From positions 39,308,001 to 39,372,000 of the forward strand of contig CM074512.1 of assembly GCA_037379345.1 (NCBI GenBank): a DNA stretch of 64,000 bases, given 5' to 3'. Numbering within the stretch: position 1 is the first letter of the stretch; every line of letters starts with the position of its first letter. The position numbers were made by a program, and so were the translations under genes. A model generated the notes under the pieces. It was given only the letters and a program-made list of their open reading frames with translations. It made no database searches and was not told where the DNA came from. The stretch is from Perna viridis. Lineage: Eukaryota. Positions 60,901 through 64,000 of this stretch are shown in pieces.

Positions 60901-63876
60901 GATAGGGGAGGTATCCAGTGGAACATCAGACCAGTAGAGGTGGATATAATGGTCTCCTACATACACAGTAAAGTATTGAATGTCATTTTAATGTTCAAAG
61001 ATAGAGATAGAAAATCTGCATTAGTAGAACCATTTGTACATCCAATTATGAAACCTTCTAGCTATCATTAGCTTCATATTTATAGTACATGCATACGAAT
61101 TGTTTCTGTCGTTAAAACAGAGAGAAGGATTATAAAATAAATATGAATAATTAATAGCTATTTTTTACTTAGTAATCGTTCTTATGAGACACCTTTTTCT
61201 TTTTAATACTTTTAAAAGATATATTATCAGCATAGATATTTGACTGAGAAAGTTTCCCATATAAAAAATGTCTGTCCAATTAACTATACCTTCCTCTTTT
61301 GCAATAAATGCAACTTCAATCTGGTCTTTTTCCGGTTTCCTCAATTCAATCTTTAGTTTTCCACTTGGTGATAATACCTCAGCATTAAATGAACCTACAA
61401 AAAGAACATTATAACAAGCATTAAGTATTTAAATTTATCTAAAAGGGCGTTTCGTCGAAAAATATTTTCATTTTAAATATCACACATATTGTCATGATTA
61501 ATTTGTAATTTCATTATTTTTATAGATATTGTATATGTTATTGCGTCACTGTATTAAATTGTGCCTGGGTATCGTTTCACAAAGCGTACTTAAGACTTAC
61601 GAACACATACGTCCCATGCTTTGTGAAATTATCTCTTGCACGTAAGTCTTCCGTATGCTTTGTGAAATCATGCCCTTGCATGGTTTCATAAAGCACTCGT
61701 AAGACTTACGTACACGTAACCCTTAAAAACCAATGGAACTTATGTGCAAGTCCTTCGTAAGCTTTGTTAAAAGAAGCGCGGATTTATTTAAGTTAAGTAA
61801 AGTGAAGTACAAGAGTATGAATTTTTTTTATAGATATTTTATATGTTATTGCGTCAGTGTATTAAAATGTGCCTGGGTATCGTTTCACAAAGCGTACTTA
61901 AGACTTACGAGCACATAAGTCCCATTGGTTTGTTAAGGATTTACGTCTACGTAAGTATTACGAGTGCTTTGTGAAATCGTCTCTTGCACGTAAGTCTTCC
62001 ATATGCTTTGTGAAATCATGCCCTTGCATGGTTTCAAAAAGCACTCGTAAGACTTACGTACACGTAACCCTTAAAAAAAACAATGGAACTTATGTGCAAG
62101 TCCTTCGTAAGCTTTGTTAAACGAAGTGCGGATTTATTTAAGTTAAGTAAAGTGAAGTACAAGAGTATGAAATTTTTATGGCAAGTTCAACTTAAGTTCC
62201 ATATCTAAAAATCAAAATTAACATCAAGGTCATTAAAAATTGTATACCTGGTCCAGCCTCACTGATGTCATAATGAAGTTGTGTTTCCTGGTTACAAACT
62301 AACGCTAAATGTCCATGTTCATCCATCAAATCGGTTAAATCATCTAACAGGGCAACTCTAGACCGATCTGTTACTTTAGCCATAAAAGGACTACCTAAAA
62401 GCAACAAACTGAGATCATAAATTTTACAACTCCCCAAGGTCGTACAAAGACTTTCTTCATTCCAGAAATTTAGATTTTAAAATTGTTTTAGATCTCTCTG
62501 GTCAGATTGTAACGTCCAGGGGTGTGTATTAAGAAATAAATGAAATTAACTAAGAACATTTTAAGTTCTAGATCTGGGTGTCAAAATATAAAGGACATTG
62601 TGTGCAAGTTCTCTTTTTTGTTTCTGTGCATTGGATCTACCTCAAATAACCTCTGGGTAAAATCATGTTTACCCTTTCTTAGCGGCCATGAATAAAACCG
62701 ACACAAATCTTAAGTTCTTAGTTTTAAAATATCATAACGTGTATTTTATTTTTCGTTATCTACCTGAAATTTCACGATCATTCCACATTACTTTAATTTT
62801 ATAAAACCCAGCTCTTTCTGGAAGATATGAAAATTCCAACGTCGTATAACTGATTTCACGCCATCTAGTCTCAATATTTTGTCCATTTTCTGCAAATAAT
62901 GATATCTTCTTGTAGATTTGTGCTTACATAATTCGTCATTTTGCATATTTTGTTTTGTCAGACACAACAAAAACATTCCTTTATTTGAATCAACTATCAA
63001 AACGAAACTAAATGAATTGATGCTTTAGTACAACACCCTTAGATTTACTTTGGACTTTTATGCCCATGCAAGTGCAATAATCAAGTAATTGTTATCTTCC
63101 TTCATGCACATAGATACTCACTTAGTTCGAATATCTTTACATGATGTGAACATGCAAAACTACAAATTAAATTTTTTGCATACAAAGTCATCTTCCAGTG
63201 GACAATAGTTATTTTTGTTATGACAAATTCATTTTTGTATCACAGACTTTACTTTTTTCAATACAAAACTGATACATATTATGACAAAATTAAATTTTGT
63301 CACAAAATTCAAATTTGTGTTTTCAAAGTTGAATTCTGTCATAACAAAAACACTTTTGCATGCAATTTAACACAAAATTGACTTTTGTTATTTAAGGTAC
63401 CAAAGGTCAACTTTCTATGCAAATAAGTTAATATTTGCATACCTATTTGACAAAATTGAATTTTGTCATTACAACATTGAAATGATCATAAAACAAGTCT
63501 GTATAACATAGTTTTGTACGATAAAAATGATTTTGTTATGACAGAAACCAATTTTGTGTGAACAAAATTGATTTTAATCATAAAAAGATCAAGTCACATT
63601 CGGCGCCCCGTAATAGCAAATTTCTTTTTTTTTTTCATTCTTAGGTACTCATTCTCAACTTTATTTTGTCTTGTTATTAATTTTCAGTCTTTTGAAAGAA
63701 TAACAATAAAGTAGTTGCTTAAGATTACTTACTGACAATATCAACAGTAATATTCCCACCAATATCGCCAGAGTTGACCTGAAATCTACATTCTTTTCCT
63801 TTAATTCCTCTTGTGATACCTTCGCCAAGAACAGTTATTTGTCCTGGGTCAACAATGTCTATTGCTTTTGGTGATC
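57995..63876 (-). CDS. jbug: Filamin (jitterbug-type), last ten coding exons; gene continues beyond the window end
   Basis: Phase-1 GT-AG exons 63876-63733, 62889-62764, 62394-62248, 61394-61290, 60956-60771, 60281-60177, 59846-59670, 59433-59284, 59077-58910 and 58242-57995 join in frame. Filamin Ig-repeat motifs KVxVxGPG, AGxG, YxPxExGxYxIxVxW and GSPF. The final repeat (DPRKVRVYGPGIEDG..YQSRFLVET.GAGAGQLAVRIRGPRGAFKVDMER...DRTILCQYDP) matches my recall of the jitterbug C-terminus. Confidence 0.9.
61517..62178. repeat. Tandem duplication (~310 and ~355 bp) of a palindromic MITE-containing unit in a filamin intron
   Basis: Unit tttttatagatatt..atatgttattgcgtca...agtgaagtacaagagtatgaa occurs twice; the second copy has ~45 extra bases. 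Internal inverted motifs tttcacaaagc/gctttgtgaaa and taagacttacg/cgtaagtctt. Confidence 0.85.
63170..63612. repeat. Array of degenerate ttttgtcat/atgacaaaa inverted short repeats (MITE-like) in a filamin intron
   Basis: Many ttttgt..tgacaaaatt units ending in a GC-rich terminus (cggcgccccgta). Confidence 0.55.
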
Positions 63877-64000
63877 CTGTGATAAAATGTAACAAGAGGC
63901 TACTAGGACCTGAATCGCTCACCTTGTTAAAGTTTATCTTTCAAGGGCAATAAATTTAACAAGGAGTTGTCCAACAATTTTGACTAAAGAAGACTTTGGT

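Noticed and set aside
1-64000. Prokaryotic interpretation (operons, CRISPR arrays, defence systems)
   Set aside because: Genes are split by GT-AG introns and encode metazoan proteins. No repeat-spacer periodicity was seen; the repeat clusters at 21.1 and 63.2 kb lack unique spacers.

Overview
Eukaryotic, AT-rich genomic DNA with GT-AG introns. The repeat landscape suggests a bivalve mollusc, but that is an inference. The main feature is a ~52-kb head-to-tail array (all minus strand, 1016-52992) of seven TNF-superfamily ligand genes, plus a possible relic of an eighth. By hand I reconstructed the same four-coding-exon plan in each: exon 1 = cytoplasmic tail, TM and stalk; exon 2 = 37-nt micro-exon; exon 3 = strand-A exon; exon 4 = TNF homology domain (THD); intron phases 0-1-1. 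The most upstream copy is a conventional TRAIL/TNFSF10-like gene. The other six form a strongly diverged family: five are intact and one is a multiply disabled pseudogene. The six share a new Cys pair, an N-T-T sequon and Q>R / GG>EK core changes, and split into a long-tail CxxC type and a short-tail type. Three short-tail copies lose the TRAIL zinc Cys and gain a polybasic site that spans a splice junction. One gene carries a duplicated exon 3 with an in-frame stop. Upstream of the array are the last ten coding exons of a jitterbug-type filamin (57995-63876, minus). Intergenic DNA and introns contain Penelope-like RT fragments, SINE pieces, several MITE/foldback elements, two short tandem duplications and microsatellites. 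All exon coordinates were derived manually and lack transcript support.
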